The notes: generated by a model not told the origin, from the sequence alone. Counted from the stretch's first letter, positions 29,025-39,145 are shown. The stretch is 64,000 nt of DNA from Longimicrobiales bacterium (GCA_965242735.1 OZ251497.1:1140409-1204408), one strand, 5' to 3'. Program-made: numbers and translations.

Positions 29025-29813
29025 ATGGGCGAGAGAGAACGCAAGAGCATGTTGACGGCGGCGGCGTTGCTGTGCGGAGCGGCGCTGGTGCGCTTTGTGG
29101 TCGCGGACGGCGGACCGCCGCCGACGCCGCTGGAGGGTCGTCCGTCCATTGCGGACAGTCTCCTCGTAGCGGGCGACTCGGTTGCGAAGGAGAAGGAGCG
29201 GAGAAGCCGTCCCTTGGAGCCGGGCGAACGCATCGACCCCAACGTGGCCGGCGAGGAGGACCTGGATCGGTTGCCGGGCGTGGGGCCCGCGACCGCGGCG
29301 CGCATCGTGGAGGCGCGCAAGGACGGCGGTCCGTTCGCGAGCGTGGACGACTTGCAACGCGTGCGTGGCATCGGGGCTGCTACGGTGGAAAGAATGCGGC
29401 CGTTTCTTCAGGTGAGCGCCGGGGGGATGCGGCCGGGGGCGCGCGGCGCCGGTGCGGGCGATCGAAGCGCGGCACGCGGTGCTGGGCCAGGCGCGACCGC
29501 GGCGCCGACGGGCGGGCGAGGGAGCTTGGCGGCCAGTCCATCCGTCGACGGTTCGCGTGGCGCGACCACGGCGGCGGCGGACGGCCGACGAGCGGTCTCG
29601 CCCGACGAGCCCGCGCGCGTCGTGGACGTGAACCGAGCCGGCGAGGACGAATTGGTGGCGTTGCCGGGGATCGGCCCGGTGACGGCCCGGCGCATCGTCG
29701 AGTCTCGGCAGACGGAAGGGCCCTTTGGGCGCCCCGAGGACCTGATGCGCGTGCAGGGCATCGGCCCCAAGACGTTCGCGCGCATCGCGGCGCTGGTGAC
29801 GGTGCGGCAGTGA
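29025..29813 (+). CDS. comEA: ComEA-family DNA-binding protein with two helix-hairpin-helix modules
   Basis: It has a TM anchor and then two copies of ..N.AGE(E)(D/E)L..LPG(V/I)GP.TA.RIVE.R...GPF....DL.RV.GIG.... Confidence 0.8.
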   Translation: MGERERKSMLTAAALLCGAALVRFVVADGGPPPTPLEGRPSIADSLLVAGDSVAKEKERRSRPLEPGERIDPNVAGEEDLDRLPGVGPATAARIVEARKDGGPFASVDDLQRVRGIGAATVERMRPFLQVSAGGMRPGARGAGAGDRSAARGAGPGATAAPTGGRGSLAASPSVDGSRGATTAAADGRRAVSPDEPARVVDVNRAGEDELVALPGIGPVTARRIVESRQTEGPFGRPEDLMRVQGIGPKTFARIAALVTVRQ

Positions 29814-30979
29814 CGGACGCGGGCGCGGCGGCGAACGGGGGCTACCCCAGCCGGGAGAACGGCCGCGCGGCCGACGGGGTCGGAGGCGGTGGGCTGGCGT
29901 CGCTGCTCCGCGAGATGGTCGCCCGGGACGCGTCCGACCTGCATCTGGGGGCGGGTCACCCGCCCAAGGTGCGCGTGCACGGCGCGCTGGTGGATGCCGG
30001 CGGCGGCCGGGTCCTGTCGCCCGCCGACACGGCGCGGCTGGCGCGCGAGGCCCTCGGCCGAACGGCCGCGGCAAGCCTGGACGTGGGCTCGGAAGTCGAC
30101 CTGATGCTCGCGTTCGACGAGCTGGGACGATTCCGGGTCAGCGGCTTCCGTCAGTCCGAGTCCGCCGCCCTGGCGATTCGCCGCATCCCGTCGCGCGTGC
30201 CGCGCCTGGGCGACCTGGGGCTGCCCCCGGCGGTGGGCCGGCTCGCGGACCGCCCGCGCGGTCTCGTCCTGGTGACCGGTCCGGCGGGGGCGGGCAAGTC
30301 CACCACCCTGGCGGCGATGGTCGACAAGATCAACCGCGAGCGACGCCTGCACGTCGTCACGATCGAGGATCCCGTCGAGTTCGTCCACGCGCCCCGCCTC
30401 TCGTTGATCAGCCAGCGCCAAGTGGGCCGGGACACCAAGGACTTCGCGTCGGCGATGAGGTCCGCGCTGCGCCAAGACCCGGACGTGATTCTCGTCGGCG
30501 AGATGCGGGACCCGGAGACCGTCCAGGCGGCGCTCGACTTCGCGGAGACCGGCCACCTGGTGCTGGCGACGCTCCATACGGGATCGGCGGCCGAGTCCGT
30601 CAACCGCATCGTCGACTCGTTCGCCGGCGTCCGGCAAGCCCAAGTGCGCGCGCAGTTGTCCTTGGCGCTCCAGGGCGTGACGTCGCAGGCGCTGGTGCGC
30701 GGCCATGGATCGAAGGGCCGCGTCGTCGCGGCCGAAGTGATGGTGTGCACGCCGGCCGTGCGGGCCGTCATCCGAGACCAAAAAGTTCACCAGCTGCCCT
30801 CGCTGATTCAGGCGGGCCGCAGGCACGGCATGCGGACCATGAACGACGCCCTCGCGGAGCTCTACTTGAACGGGCGCGTGCCGCTGGCGGAGGCGCTGAA
30901 GCACAGCTCGGACCCCCAGGCGCTCCTGCGGGCCGTGGGCGAGCCGTCGCCGGAGAGGCTCGCATCGGCCGCCGGATGA
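29810..30979 (+). CDS. pilT: type IV pilus twitching-motility ATPase PilT
   Basis: GTG 29810 overlaps the comEA stop (GTGA). The motifs are Walker A ..VTGPAGAGKSTT.., ..VTIEDPVEF.., ..DPDVILVGEMRD.. and ..GHLVLATLHT... Confidence 0.9.
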   Translation: MTDAGAAANGGYPSRENGRAADGVGGGGLASLLREMVARDASDLHLGAGHPPKVRVHGALVDAGGGRVLSPADTARLAREALGRTAAASLDVGSEVDLMLAFDELGRFRVSGFRQSESAALAIRRIPSRVPRLGDLGLPPAVGRLADRPRGLVLVTGPAGAGKSTTLAAMVDKINRERRLHVVTIEDPVEFVHAPRLSLISQRQVGRDTKDFASAMRSALRQDPDVILVGEMRDPETVQAALDFAETGHLVLATLHTGSAAESVNRIVDSFAGVRQAQVRAQLSLALQGVTSQALVRGHGSKGRVVAAEVMVCTPAVRAVIRDQKVHQLPSLIQAGRRHGMRTMNDALAELYLNGRVPLAEALKHSSDPQALLRAVGEPSPERLASAAG

Positions 30980-31085
30980 GCATGCTCCGCCACGATTCCG
31001 TCCCCGGCGGCGGGCTGGTCCTCCGCCTGCTCTTTCTGGCTCGCCGGGAACGTTTCGGCGCCCGCCGGACTGCCGCGCGCGCGCC

Positions 31086-32192
31086 TTGCCCGGCCGCCGG
31101 ATGAGCGCGCCGAGGTCCTGGGGCCCGGCCTCCCGTCTCGCCGCCGCCCTTCGTCGCGGCGTGCCGGTACGCGAACTCGCGCTGTTCACCAGGATGTTCG
31201 CCACCATGGTGCGCGCCGGGTTGCCGCTCGTGCGGTGCCTGGAACTCTTGGGCGCTCAAGCCTCCAGCGAACGCCTTCGCTTGGCGCTGGGCGACGTGTT
31301 GCGGCGCGTCGAATCGGGGGACGCGCTGGCCGAGGCGATGCGGCGCCATCCTCGCGTCTTCTCGGCCATGTACGCCAACATGGTCGCGGCGGGCGAGGCG
31401 GCCGGCGCGCTCGACGTCGTGCTGGGCCGTCTGGCCGACTACCAGGAGCGCAGCGCCGCGGTGGCGCGCAAGATGCGCGGCGCTCTCGCCTATCCGCTGG
31501 CGATCGTCGCCGTCGCCCTGCCCGCGATCGGCGTGATGCTCGTCTTCGTCGTTCCCGCGTTCGAAGAGATGTTCGCGTCTTCCGGCGTGCCGCTGCCTCT
31601 GCCCACGCGGGCCGTGATCGAGGGGTCGCACGCGGTGCAGCGCTGGTGGTGGGTCGCGGCGCTTGCCGTCTCGGCCCTCGGCGCCGCAGTCGCCCATGCG
31701 CGGCGAACCGCGGCCGGACGCTTGGCGCTGGACCGCGCGTTGCTGCGGACGCCGTGGGTGGGCGGACTGCTTCGCAAGGCCGCGGTGTCGCGCTTCTCGC
31801 ACTCTCTGGCCACGCTCCTGGCGTCGGGCGTGCCGATCCTGGACGGACTGGAGATCACGGCCAGGACGTGCGGAAACCGAGTGGTCGAGGACGCCGTCAT
31901 GCGGTCGCGCGCCTCGATCGCGGCCGGGGACACGATTGCCGGCCCGTTGCGCCAGTCGGGCGTGTTTCCTCCGCTGGTCTTGCAGATGGTGGACGCCGGC
32001 GAGAGAACCGGCGCGTTGGACGAGATGCTGGCTCGCGCGGCCGACTTCTACGACCAGGAGACGGCGGCGGCGGCCGATGCCATGATGGCCGCGGCCGAGC
32101 CCGCCATGATCGTGGTCTTGGGCATCGGCATCGGCGCCGTCGTGGTGTCGATGTACCTGCCGATCTTCGACATGATCGGCGCGGTGGGTTGA
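31086..32192 (+). CDS. pilC: type II secretion system F family / PilC-like platform protein
   Basis: It has two GspF repeats (..F.RMFATMVRAGLPLV..L and ..FSHSLATLLASGVPIL..L) and three TM segments. Confidence 0.8.
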   Translation: MPGRRMSAPRSWGPASRLAAALRRGVPVRELALFTRMFATMVRAGLPLVRCLELLGAQASSERLRLALGDVLRRVESGDALAEAMRRHPRVFSAMYANMVAAGEAAGALDVVLGRLADYQERSAAVARKMRGALAYPLAIVAVALPAIGVMLVFVVPAFEEMFASSGVPLPLPTRAVIEGSHAVQRWWWVAALAVSALGAAVAHARRTAAGRLALDRALLRTPWVGGLLRKAAVSRFSHSLATLLASGVPILDGLEITARTCGNRVVEDAVMRSRASIAAGDTIAGPLRQSGVFPPLVLQMVDAGERTGALDEMLARAADFYDQETAAAADAMMAAAEPAMIVVLGIGIGAVVVSMYLPIFDMIGAVG

Positions 32193-32346
32193 GCCGGGGC
32201 GGGCGCTTGGCCGCCGACCGGGACGAGCAGGCCGTCCAGCCGCTCCGGCGTGGCGCCGCCGGGTTGAGCCGACGGTGCGCCCTGGCCGCTGGTCGGGACC
32301 CTCTATGGTTTTGCGCCGGGGCGCTCCGGCGGCGATATTCGCAACC

Positions 32347-32625
32347 ATGTCCAGAGCCTTCGTCAAAGAGGATCGCGAGGAGCGCCGGCGAGAGTACCCG
32401 TTGCCCGATCCCGACTCCCCGGACTTCGACGAGGCGCGCGCGTGGGCATTGATCACCGGGGCGGACGAAGGCGACACGCGCGGCGCCGAGCACGCGACGG
32501 GCTGCCAATGGGGCGAGCCGCTGCTGGTTCCCCACGTCAAGGCCATCTTGCGGCGCGCCGAGAGGCAGGACGTCGCTCGCGTGGTCCAGCTGTGCCGTCG
32601 ATTCCTGCGGGCCGCGGGGACCTGA
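32347..32625 (+). CDS. small hypothetical protein
   Basis: 92 aa starting at ATG 32347 (MSRAFVKEDREE..). Third-position GC is high. No family recognised. Confidence 0.4.
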   Translation: MSRAFVKEDREERRREYPLPDPDSPDFDEARAWALITGADEGDTRGAEHATGCQWGEPLLVPHVKAILRRAERQDVARVVQLCRRFLRAAGT

Positions 32626-32792
32626 CGGCGATGGTCGGGCCGCGGTCGGCCGCCGCTGCGCCGGGACGTGCCGACCGCTCCCGCGCCGGGACGCGTCGGC
32701 TCGCTGATTCGGCTTCCGGCCCGCGTTCGGCGTGCCTCGAGACGCGGATCGTTGCTCCCCCGGACTCCGTTGGGGGGAGCGCCGACGGGACC

Positions 32793-35081
32793 GTGCCCGC
32801 GTCAGCCCGGGCCCGCCCGCGGGCATGGCGGACCGCGGTGCTGGCCCTCGCCGGTGTCCTTGCGTCGGCGCCGGCGGCGGCGGTCGCCCAGGACGGCGGC
32901 CCCGGCTCGCCCCGCGGCGTGTCCGCCTTGCGCCTGTCCGGCGGCGACCGCGTCGAGCTGGACGGCGAGATCGCCGAAGCCGTGTGGCAACGGGCCGTCC
33001 CCGTCGACGACTTCGTGCAGCAGGAGCCCGTCGAGGGAGCGTCCCCTTCCGAGCGTACGGAGATTCGCGTCGCGTTCGACGAGGACGACTTGTACATCGC
33101 GGCCATGTTCTACGACGATCCCGACGGCATTCTCGCCTACCAGCGCCAGCGCGACGCCGGGCTGGGCACGGACGACCGCTTCATGTGGATCCTCGACACG
33201 TTCCTGGACGGGCGCACGGGCTACTTCTTCGAGATCAATCCGGCCGGCCTCATGGGCGACGGCATCATCTCGGGGGGCGGCGGCGGGGGAGGCGGCGTCG
33301 GCAAGGCATGGGACGGAATCTGGGAAGCCCGAACCGCCCGCACGCCCGACGGCTGGTCCGCCGAGATCCGCATTCCGTTCAGGACCCTCAACTTCAATCC
33401 GGAACTGGACGCCTGGGGCATCAACTTCCAGCGCACCATCCGACGCAAGAACGAAGAGTTGCTGTGGCGCGGACACCGGCGCAACGAGGGGCTCTGGCGA
33501 CCGGTCTACGCCGGACGCCTGACGGGTTTGCAGGGCATGTCGCAGGGACTGGGACTGGAGGCGCGTCCTTCGGCCGTGGCCAGCTGGAGGAACGTGCCGG
33601 GCGGCGCCGACCCGACCACCTTTCCCAGGGACCTGAGCCTGGACGTCAGTTACAGCCTCACGTCGAGCCTTCGCCTCTCGGCCAGCGTCAACACCGACTT
33701 CGCCGAGGTGGAGAGCGACCAGCGCCGCGTCAATCTCACGCGCTTCCCCCAACGCTTCCCGGAGCGGCGAGCGTTCTTTCTGGAAGGGTCTGGCGTCTTC
33801 AGCTTTGCGCCGCGCAGCGGACCGACCCCTTTCTTCTCGCGCCGGATCGGACTGCGCGACGGCGAGCAGATCCCCATTCAGTACGGCACTAGGCTGACCG
33901 GCCAGGTCGGCCGCTTCGAACTGGGCTTCTACCGAGTCGGCACGGGATCGCACGCCTACGGAGGCACGGCGCCCGAAGACGTCACGCATCTGCCCAGGGA
34001 GTCCTTCACGGTGCTTCGCGCGAAGCGTTCGATTTGGGAGCAGTCGTCGGTCGGCGTCGTCTATACGCGGCGCGCCGCGTCGCCCGTGGCTGGAGCAGCA
34101 GCTGTAGCGACGGGCCACACGGCGGGCGCCGACTTGCAGCTGAACACCCGGCGCTTCTTCGGCGACAACCGCTTCGAGATGGAGGCTTTTCTCGTCTGGA
34201 ATTCCAATCCCGACCCTTCCGTCCAGCGTTCCTTCGGCGACCTGTCGGCCCGGGGCTTTCGATTCAACTTCCCCAACGACATCTGGTCCGCGCACCTGTC
34301 CTACCGCGAATTCGGCGACGACTACAATCCCACGCTGGGGTTCGTTCGGCGCAACGGGTTTCGCAGGGTCGAGCCTCGCGTGGGTTGGGCGCCCAGGCCG
34401 TCGGGCATCGACTGGATCCGGCAGTTCGACTTCGCCGTGCAGTTCCGCAACTTGACGCAGCTCGGCACCGGAGCGCTGGAAGAGCGGGAGTGGCAGTTCG
34501 ACGTCTTCGGCGTGGACTTCGAGAGCGGCGACAACATCGAAGTGCAGGCTACGAGGACGACAGAGCTTCTTGACTACGGATTCGAGGTCAGCGACGGCGT
34601 CGGCATCCTGGCGGGCGAGTACACCAACTGGGAATGGGAATTCGAAGGCCGAACCGCCGGCCGGCGCCGCGTCTCCGTCTCGGGGACCGTCGCCGCCGGC
34701 GGCTTTTGGGACGGCACGAGGACGCGCTTGAACGCCGGCCTGACCTATCGCCCCAATCCCGGCGTCAGCGTCTCGCTCGACTTCGAGCACAACGACGTCG
34801 GGCTCCCTCGGGGCGATTTCACGGCGGACGTGTACGAAGCCGAAGCCGAGTGGAACCCGAGCCCATGGATCAGCCTCGTCAATCAGTTGCAGTACGACAA
34901 CGACAGCGGAATCCTAGGACTGTTCGCCCGTCTTCGTTGGATCCTTCGTCCCGGCAACGACGTGTTCCTCGTCTACACGCATAATTGGCGCAACATGAGC
35001 GAACGCCTGCTCAGAGACGCCCGCCTCGCCACGATCTCGAAGGGCGCCGCCGTCAAGGTCAACTACACCTACAGGTTCTGA
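32793..35081 (+). CDS. DUF5916 / CBM9-like domain envelope protein (second paralog)
   Basis: It has the same blocks as 15999-18644 (..DGEIAEAVW..FVQQEPVEGASPSERTEIRVAFDEDDLYIA..). GTG 32793 gives a normal signal peptide (..AVLALAGVLASAPAAAVAQ). ATG 32631 is the in-frame alternative. Confidence 0.75.
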   Translation: MPASARARPRAWRTAVLALAGVLASAPAAAVAQDGGPGSPRGVSALRLSGGDRVELDGEIAEAVWQRAVPVDDFVQQEPVEGASPSERTEIRVAFDEDDLYIAAMFYDDPDGILAYQRQRDAGLGTDDRFMWILDTFLDGRTGYFFEINPAGLMGDGIISGGGGGGGGVGKAWDGIWEARTARTPDGWSAEIRIPFRTLNFNPELDAWGINFQRTIRRKNEELLWRGHRRNEGLWRPVYAGRLTGLQGMSQGLGLEARPSAVASWRNVPGGADPTTFPRDLSLDVSYSLTSSLRLSASVNTDFAEVESDQRRVNLTRFPQRFPERRAFFLEGSGVFSFAPRSGPTPFFSRRIGLRDGEQIPIQYGTRLTGQVGRFELGFYRVGTGSHAYGGTAPEDVTHLPRESFTVLRAKRSIWEQSSVGVVYTRRAASPVAGAAAVATGHTAGADLQLNTRRFFGDNRFEMEAFLVWNSNPDPSVQRSFGDLSARGFRFNFPNDIWSAHLSYREFGDDYNPTLGFVRRNGFRRVEPRVGWAPRPSGIDWIRQFDFAVQFRNLTQLGTGALEEREWQFDVFGVDFESGDNIEVQATRTTELLDYGFEVSDGVGILAGEYTNWEWEFEGRTAGRRRVSVSGTVAAGGFWDGTRTRLNAGLTYRPNPGVSVSLDFEHNDVGLPRGDFTADVYEAEAEWNPSPWISLVNQLQYDNDSGILGLFARLRWILRPGNDVFLVYTHNWRNMSERLLRDARLATISKGAAVKVNYTYRF

Positions 35082-35172
35082 TGCCGCAAGCCGATTGCCG
35101 GGCCGAAGGCGCTCGCGCAGCAAGGTCAACCACGCCTGCCGGTTCGGATGTCGCACAGGTTCTGATGTCGCG
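35053..35172. repeat. degenerate duplication of the last 8 codons + stop of the DUF5916 gene
   Basis: TCAAGGTCAACTACACCTACAGGTTCTGATGCCGCA (35053-35088) matches GCAAGGTCAACCACGCCTGCCGGTTCGGATGTCGCA (35120-35155). A third partial copy CAGGTTCTGATGTCGCG lies at 35156-35172. Confidence 0.7.
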
Positions 35173-35205
35173 GCCGCGCCGCGCCCAGCCCGCTTCGGCC
35201 CGCCT

Positions 35206-36531
35206 CTACCTTCCGAGCAGTCCCGTCACCAGTTCCGGCCACAGCACGATGGCGAGCAGGCCGATCAGCTGGATGACGATGAACGGGACGACGGCGCGGT
35301 AGAGGTCGGTCGTCTTGACGGACGGCGGCGCGACGCCGCGCAAGTAGAACAGGGCGAATCCGAAGGGCGGCGTGAGGAAGGACGTCTGGAGGTTCATGCC
35401 GATCATGACGCCGAACCAGACGAGGTCTATGCCCAGCAGCGAGGCGGCGGGCGCCAGCAGGGGGATGATGATGAAGGCGATCTCGAAGAAGTCCAGGAAG
35501 AAGCCCAGCACGAAGATGGTCAGGTTGGCGACGATCAGGAGTCCGATCTGCCCGCCGGGAAGGTTGGTCAGCAGGTTCTCGATCCAGATGTCGCCGTAGA
35601 GGCCGCGAAAGACCAAGGCGAAGGCCGTGGAGCCGATGAGAAGGAACATGACCATGGTCGTCAGCTTGGTCGTGTCCCGGCAGGCGTCTCTCAGGACGCT
35701 CATGCTCATTCGCTTTCGGGCGGCGGCCAGCAGCATCGCCCCGACGGCCCCGACGGCGCCCGCTTCGGTGGGCGTGGCGACGCCGGCGAAGATGGACCCC
35801 AGGACGACGAGAATCAGCAAGAGCGGCGGCATGAGAACGACCGCGACCTGGCGCAGCAGCGTCCGAAACGCGACGTCGGTCATCTCGGGAGGCAGGGCAG
35901 GCGCCGCCGAGGGCTTGACGATCGCGACGCCCGCCACGTAGAGCGCGTACATGCTCGCCAGCATGAGGCCCGGGACCAAGCCTCCGACGAACAAGTCGCC
36001 CACGGAAATGCCCATCTGGTCCGCGAGCACCACGAGCACGATGCTGGGCGGAATGATCTGCCCCAGCGTTCCCGACGCGAGGATGACGCCCGAGGACAGG
36101 TGCTTCGAGTAGTTGTAGCGCAGCATGACGGGAAGCGAGATGCTCCCCATCGCGACCACCGAAGCGCCCACGACCCCCGTGGCCGCCGCCAGCATCGCCC
36201 CGACGAACACCACGGCCAGGGCCAAGCCGCCGGCGTGGCGCCCGAACAGCGAACCGATCGTGGTCAGCAGATCCTCCGCCAGCTTGGCCTTTTCCAGCAC
36301 CAGCCCCATGAAGATGAAGAAGGGGACGGCCAGGAGGACGTAGTTGGACATGATGCCGAACACGCGCTCGGGCATCGCGTACAGAAGGTTCCAGTCGAAG
36401 TATCCCAACTCCACGCCGACGAAGGCGAAGATCAGCGACGCCCCGCCCAAGGCGAAGGCGACCGGATAGCCGGTGAAGATGATCAGGAACACCGCCGCGA
36501 ACATCAGTGGCGCGAGAACGTTTCCTTCCAT
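35206..36531 (-). CDS. dctM: TRAP transporter large permease subunit
   Basis: 442-aa polytopic ORF with typical DctM blocks. ATG 36531 overlaps the dctQ stop (ATGA). Confidence 0.85.
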   Translation of the reverse strand: MEGNVLAPLMFAAVFLIIFTGYPVAFALGGASLIFAFVGVELGYFDWNLLYAMPERVFGIMSNYVLLAVPFFIFMGLVLEKAKLAEDLLTTIGSLFGRHAGGLALAVVFVGAMLAAATGVVGASVVAMGSISLPVMLRYNYSKHLSSGVILASGTLGQIIPPSIVLVVLADQMGISVGDLFVGGLVPGLMLASMYALYVAGVAIVKPSAAPALPPEMTDVAFRTLLRQVAVVLMPPLLLILVVLGSIFAGVATPTEAGAVGAVGAMLLAAARKRMSMSVLRDACRDTTKLTTMVMFLLIGSTAFALVFRGLYGDIWIENLLTNLPGGQIGLLIVANLTIFVLGFFLDFFEIAFIIIPLLAPAASLLGIDLVWFGVMIGMNLQTSFLTPPFGFALFYLRGVAPPSVKTTDLYRAVVPFIVIQLIGLLAIVLWPELVTGLLGR

Positions 36532-37283
36532 CAGAGGCCCCCCGGCCCGTCGCCCTCGTCCTCCCGCCCCTTCTCCAGCAGCGTCCGCCCGTCCTTCGCC
36601 AACTGGGCCAGTCCCTGGACGGCCAGCAGCGCGAAGCAGACGAGGATGACCGCCTTGAGCGGATAGCGGGGCAGCCCCCCCGGATCCGGCGACACTTCCC
36701 GGATCGTCCAGGAGTTGTGCACCGACGGCCACGACACCCACAGCAGAAAGACGCAGAAGGGCAGCAGCATGAACACCGCGCCCGCCGTGTCGATCCAGGC
36801 CCGCGCCCGCCGGCCCAGCCGCCCGTAGAGCACGTCCACGCGCACATGGGCGTTCTCCTTGAGCGCGTAGCCGGCGCCGAGCAGGAAGACGAGGGAGAAC
36901 AAGTACCACTGAAGCTCCAAGTAGAGGTTGGAGCTGAGACTGGTGCCTGTGAAGCGGCCCAAGTAGCGCACCAAGGCGTTGTAGGCGCCGATCAGCGCCA
37001 TGGCCAGGACGAACCAGGACACGAACCGGCCCAAGGCGCCCGTCAGGCGGTCGGTCGCGCGGACGAGCGCGGGAAGCGGCGGCGTGCGGCCCGCCCCCGA
37101 GGGAGAGCCTCCCGGAGACCCGTCCGGACCGGCCCGATCGTCGGCCGCGAGCGCGCCTTGGCCCGGCTCCGAGGCTCCAGCGGCGGCGTCTCGGGCAGGC
37201 GAGGGTCGGTGGCGTCGGTGGCGGGACTCGTTCAAGCGGCGTGTCCTGGGTTGGATGGCGTCCCGTCCGTCTCCCGGGCGCAA
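36531..37283 (-). CDS. dctQ: TRAP transporter small permease subunit
   Basis: It has four TM segments and ..NAHVRVDVLYGR.. typical of DctQ. The N-terminal about 80 aa are Arg/Pro/Gly-rich, so the true start is probably internal. Confidence 0.7.
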   Translation of the reverse strand: MRPGDGRDAIQPRTRRLNESRHRRHRPSPARDAAAGASEPGQGALAADDRAGPDGSPGGSPSGAGRTPPLPALVRATDRLTGALGRFVSWFVLAMALIGAYNALVRYLGRFTGTSLSSNLYLELQWYLFSLVFLLGAGYALKENAHVRVDVLYGRLGRRARAWIDTAGAVFMLLPFCVFLLWVSWPSVHNSWTIREVSPDPGGLPRYPLKAVILVCFALLAVQGLAQLAKDGRTLLEKGREDEGDGPGGL

Positions 37284-37326
37284 CGCGTGCGGCCTGCCTC
37301 CGTCGCGGGCGCAACGCGGCAGACTA

Positions 37327-38970
37327 TCACGCCAACGGCGTCTCGGGCAAGCGGGCGGGGTGGGGCGGCTGAGATGGCCGCAGGAGGCTGCGCCCGGTCA
37401 TCTCGGGCGGCTGGGGGACGTCCATGAGATCGAGCACGGTGGGAGCGACATCGGCCAGAGCGCCGTCGCGCAGCTGAAGGCCGGCGCCTTCCGTCTTGCC
37501 CCGGTGCACCGCGAGGAACAAGCGCACGGGGCCGGTCGTGTGGGCCGTGAAGGGCTGTCCGCGCTCGTCCAGCATGCGCTCCGCGTTCCCGTGGTCGGCG
37601 GTGACCAGCGCCGTTCCGCCGACGGCGGCGACGCGCTCCAGAACCCGCCCGACGCATGCGTCCACCGCTTCGACCGCCTGCGCCGCGGGGGCCAGCTTCC
37701 CCGTGTGTCCCACCATGTCGGCGTTGGCGTAGTTGACGAGCACGAAGTCGTGCCGCCGCTCGTCCAGCCGCCGTAGCAGCGCGTCCGTGAGCTCCGGCGC
37801 GCACATTTCGGGCTTCAGGTCGTAGGTATCCACGGCGGGCGAAGGCGTCATCTCGCGCTCCTCGCCGGGGAACGGCGTCTCTTCGCCCCCGTTGAAGAAG
37901 TAGGTGACGTGGGCGTACTTCTCGGTCTCGGCCATGCGCAGCTGCGTCCGCCCGGCCCGCGCGAGCGCCTCGCCCAGCACGTTGGTCAGCCGCAACGGCG
38001 GAAACAGCACGGGCCAGGGGAAGTCGTCCCGGTAGCGGGTCATGGCGACCACGTTGCGGCACGGGGGGCGCACGCGGCGAAAGAAGGGGAATTCCGCGTC
38101 GGCCAGCGCCGCCGCCAGCTGCCGCATCCGGTCCGCGCGGAAGTTGCAGAAGAGCAGGCCGTCTTCGGGGAGCACGCCGAGGGGTTCCCGATCCCTCCCG
38201 CCGCCGGAGACGACGACCGGCGGGAGGAACTCGTCGCTGGTTTCCTCGTAGCACTCCTCGACGTAGCGCGACGCCGAGGCGACCCTCGGCGCGAAGCCCG
38301 CGACGACGGCGCGGTAGGCGCGCTTGGTCCTGCGCCAGCGGCGGTCCCGGTCCATCGCCCAGTGCCTGCCCGCGACGCTGGCCACGCGACCGTCCCGCAT
38401 GGCGGCCGCCCATCGTTCGATCCGCCGAACCCAGCCCAGGCCGGAGGTGGGCGGCGCGTCCCTTCCGTCCGTGATGCAGTGGACGCGCGCGGGCAGCCCG
38501 GCCCCGTCCGCCCAGTCCAGCAGGGCGCGCACGTGCCTGGCGCGGCTGTGGACGCCGCCGTCCGAGCAGAGCCCCACGAGGTGGAGACGGCTCCCGGCGC
38601 GACGCAGTTCGCTCGCCAGCGACTCGAGCACGGGCAGGCTCGCCAAGCTGTCGTCCTCGACGGCTTGGTCGATGCGCGTCAGGTCCTGCGCGACCACGCG
38701 GCCCGCGCCGAGGTTGAGGTGGCCCACTTCGGAGTTGCCCATTTGGCCCTCCGGCAGCCCGACGGCCTTTCCGGACGTGCGCAGAAGGCTCCACGGACAC
38801 CGCTCCAGCATCCGTTGGCGCACGGGCGTGCGGGCCCGCGCGACGGCGTTGCCCTGCCTCTCGGCCTCGGCGGGATCGGTCGCGCCCACGCCCCATCCGT
38901 CGCACACGATCAGGACGACCGGTCCTCCGGCCTGCCGCCGCCGGGTGGCGCCCAGCTGCTTTTGGAGCAT
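37327..38970 (-). CDS. gpmI: 2,3-bisphosphoglycerate-independent phosphoglycerate mutase
   Basis: Start ATG 38970. The blocks ..VVLIVCDGWG.., ..MGNSEVGHLNLGAGR.., ..LCSDGGVHS.., ..ITDGRD.. and ..NYANADMVGHTG..TADHGNAE.. are present. Confidence 0.9.
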   Translation of the reverse strand: MLQKQLGATRRRQAGGPVVLIVCDGWGVGATDPAEAERQGNAVARARTPVRQRMLERCPWSLLRTSGKAVGLPEGQMGNSEVGHLNLGAGRVVAQDLTRIDQAVEDDSLASLPVLESLASELRRAGSRLHLVGLCSDGGVHSRARHVRALLDWADGAGLPARVHCITDGRDAPPTSGLGWVRRIERWAAAMRDGRVASVAGRHWAMDRDRRWRRTKRAYRAVVAGFAPRVASASRYVEECYEETSDEFLPPVVVSGGGRDREPLGVLPEDGLLFCNFRADRMRQLAAALADAEFPFFRRVRPPCRNVVAMTRYRDDFPWPVLFPPLRLTNVLGEALARAGRTQLRMAETEKYAHVTYFFNGGEETPFPGEEREMTPSPAVDTYDLKPEMCAPELTDALLRRLDERRHDFVLVNYANADMVGHTGKLAPAAQAVEAVDACVGRVLERVAAVGGTALVTADHGNAERMLDERGQPFTAHTTGPVRLFLAVHRGKTEGAGLQLRDGALADVAPTVLDLMDVPQPPEMTGRSLLRPSQPPHPARLPETPLA

Positions 38971-39145
38971 CTTTCCTTGGGCGAGGGTCTGCCGTTCGGC
39001 GACGGGAAGGCGTGCGCGCGAGCGGCCGCTGGCGATCAATCTATCCCCCGGACGGGAGCGCCGCCGCTTGGCGAAGGAAAAGCAGGAGGGGCGCGCGGCC
39101 GTGCGGCCCGAGACCGGCGCGCCCGAGCAGCCTTGGTGCCTGACG

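Noticed and set aside
28913-29809. Upstream part of ORF 28913-30979 (would add 300 aa to PilT)
   Set aside because: It overlaps comEA in another frame. PilT homology begins only near GTG 29810, which is coupled to the comEA stop.
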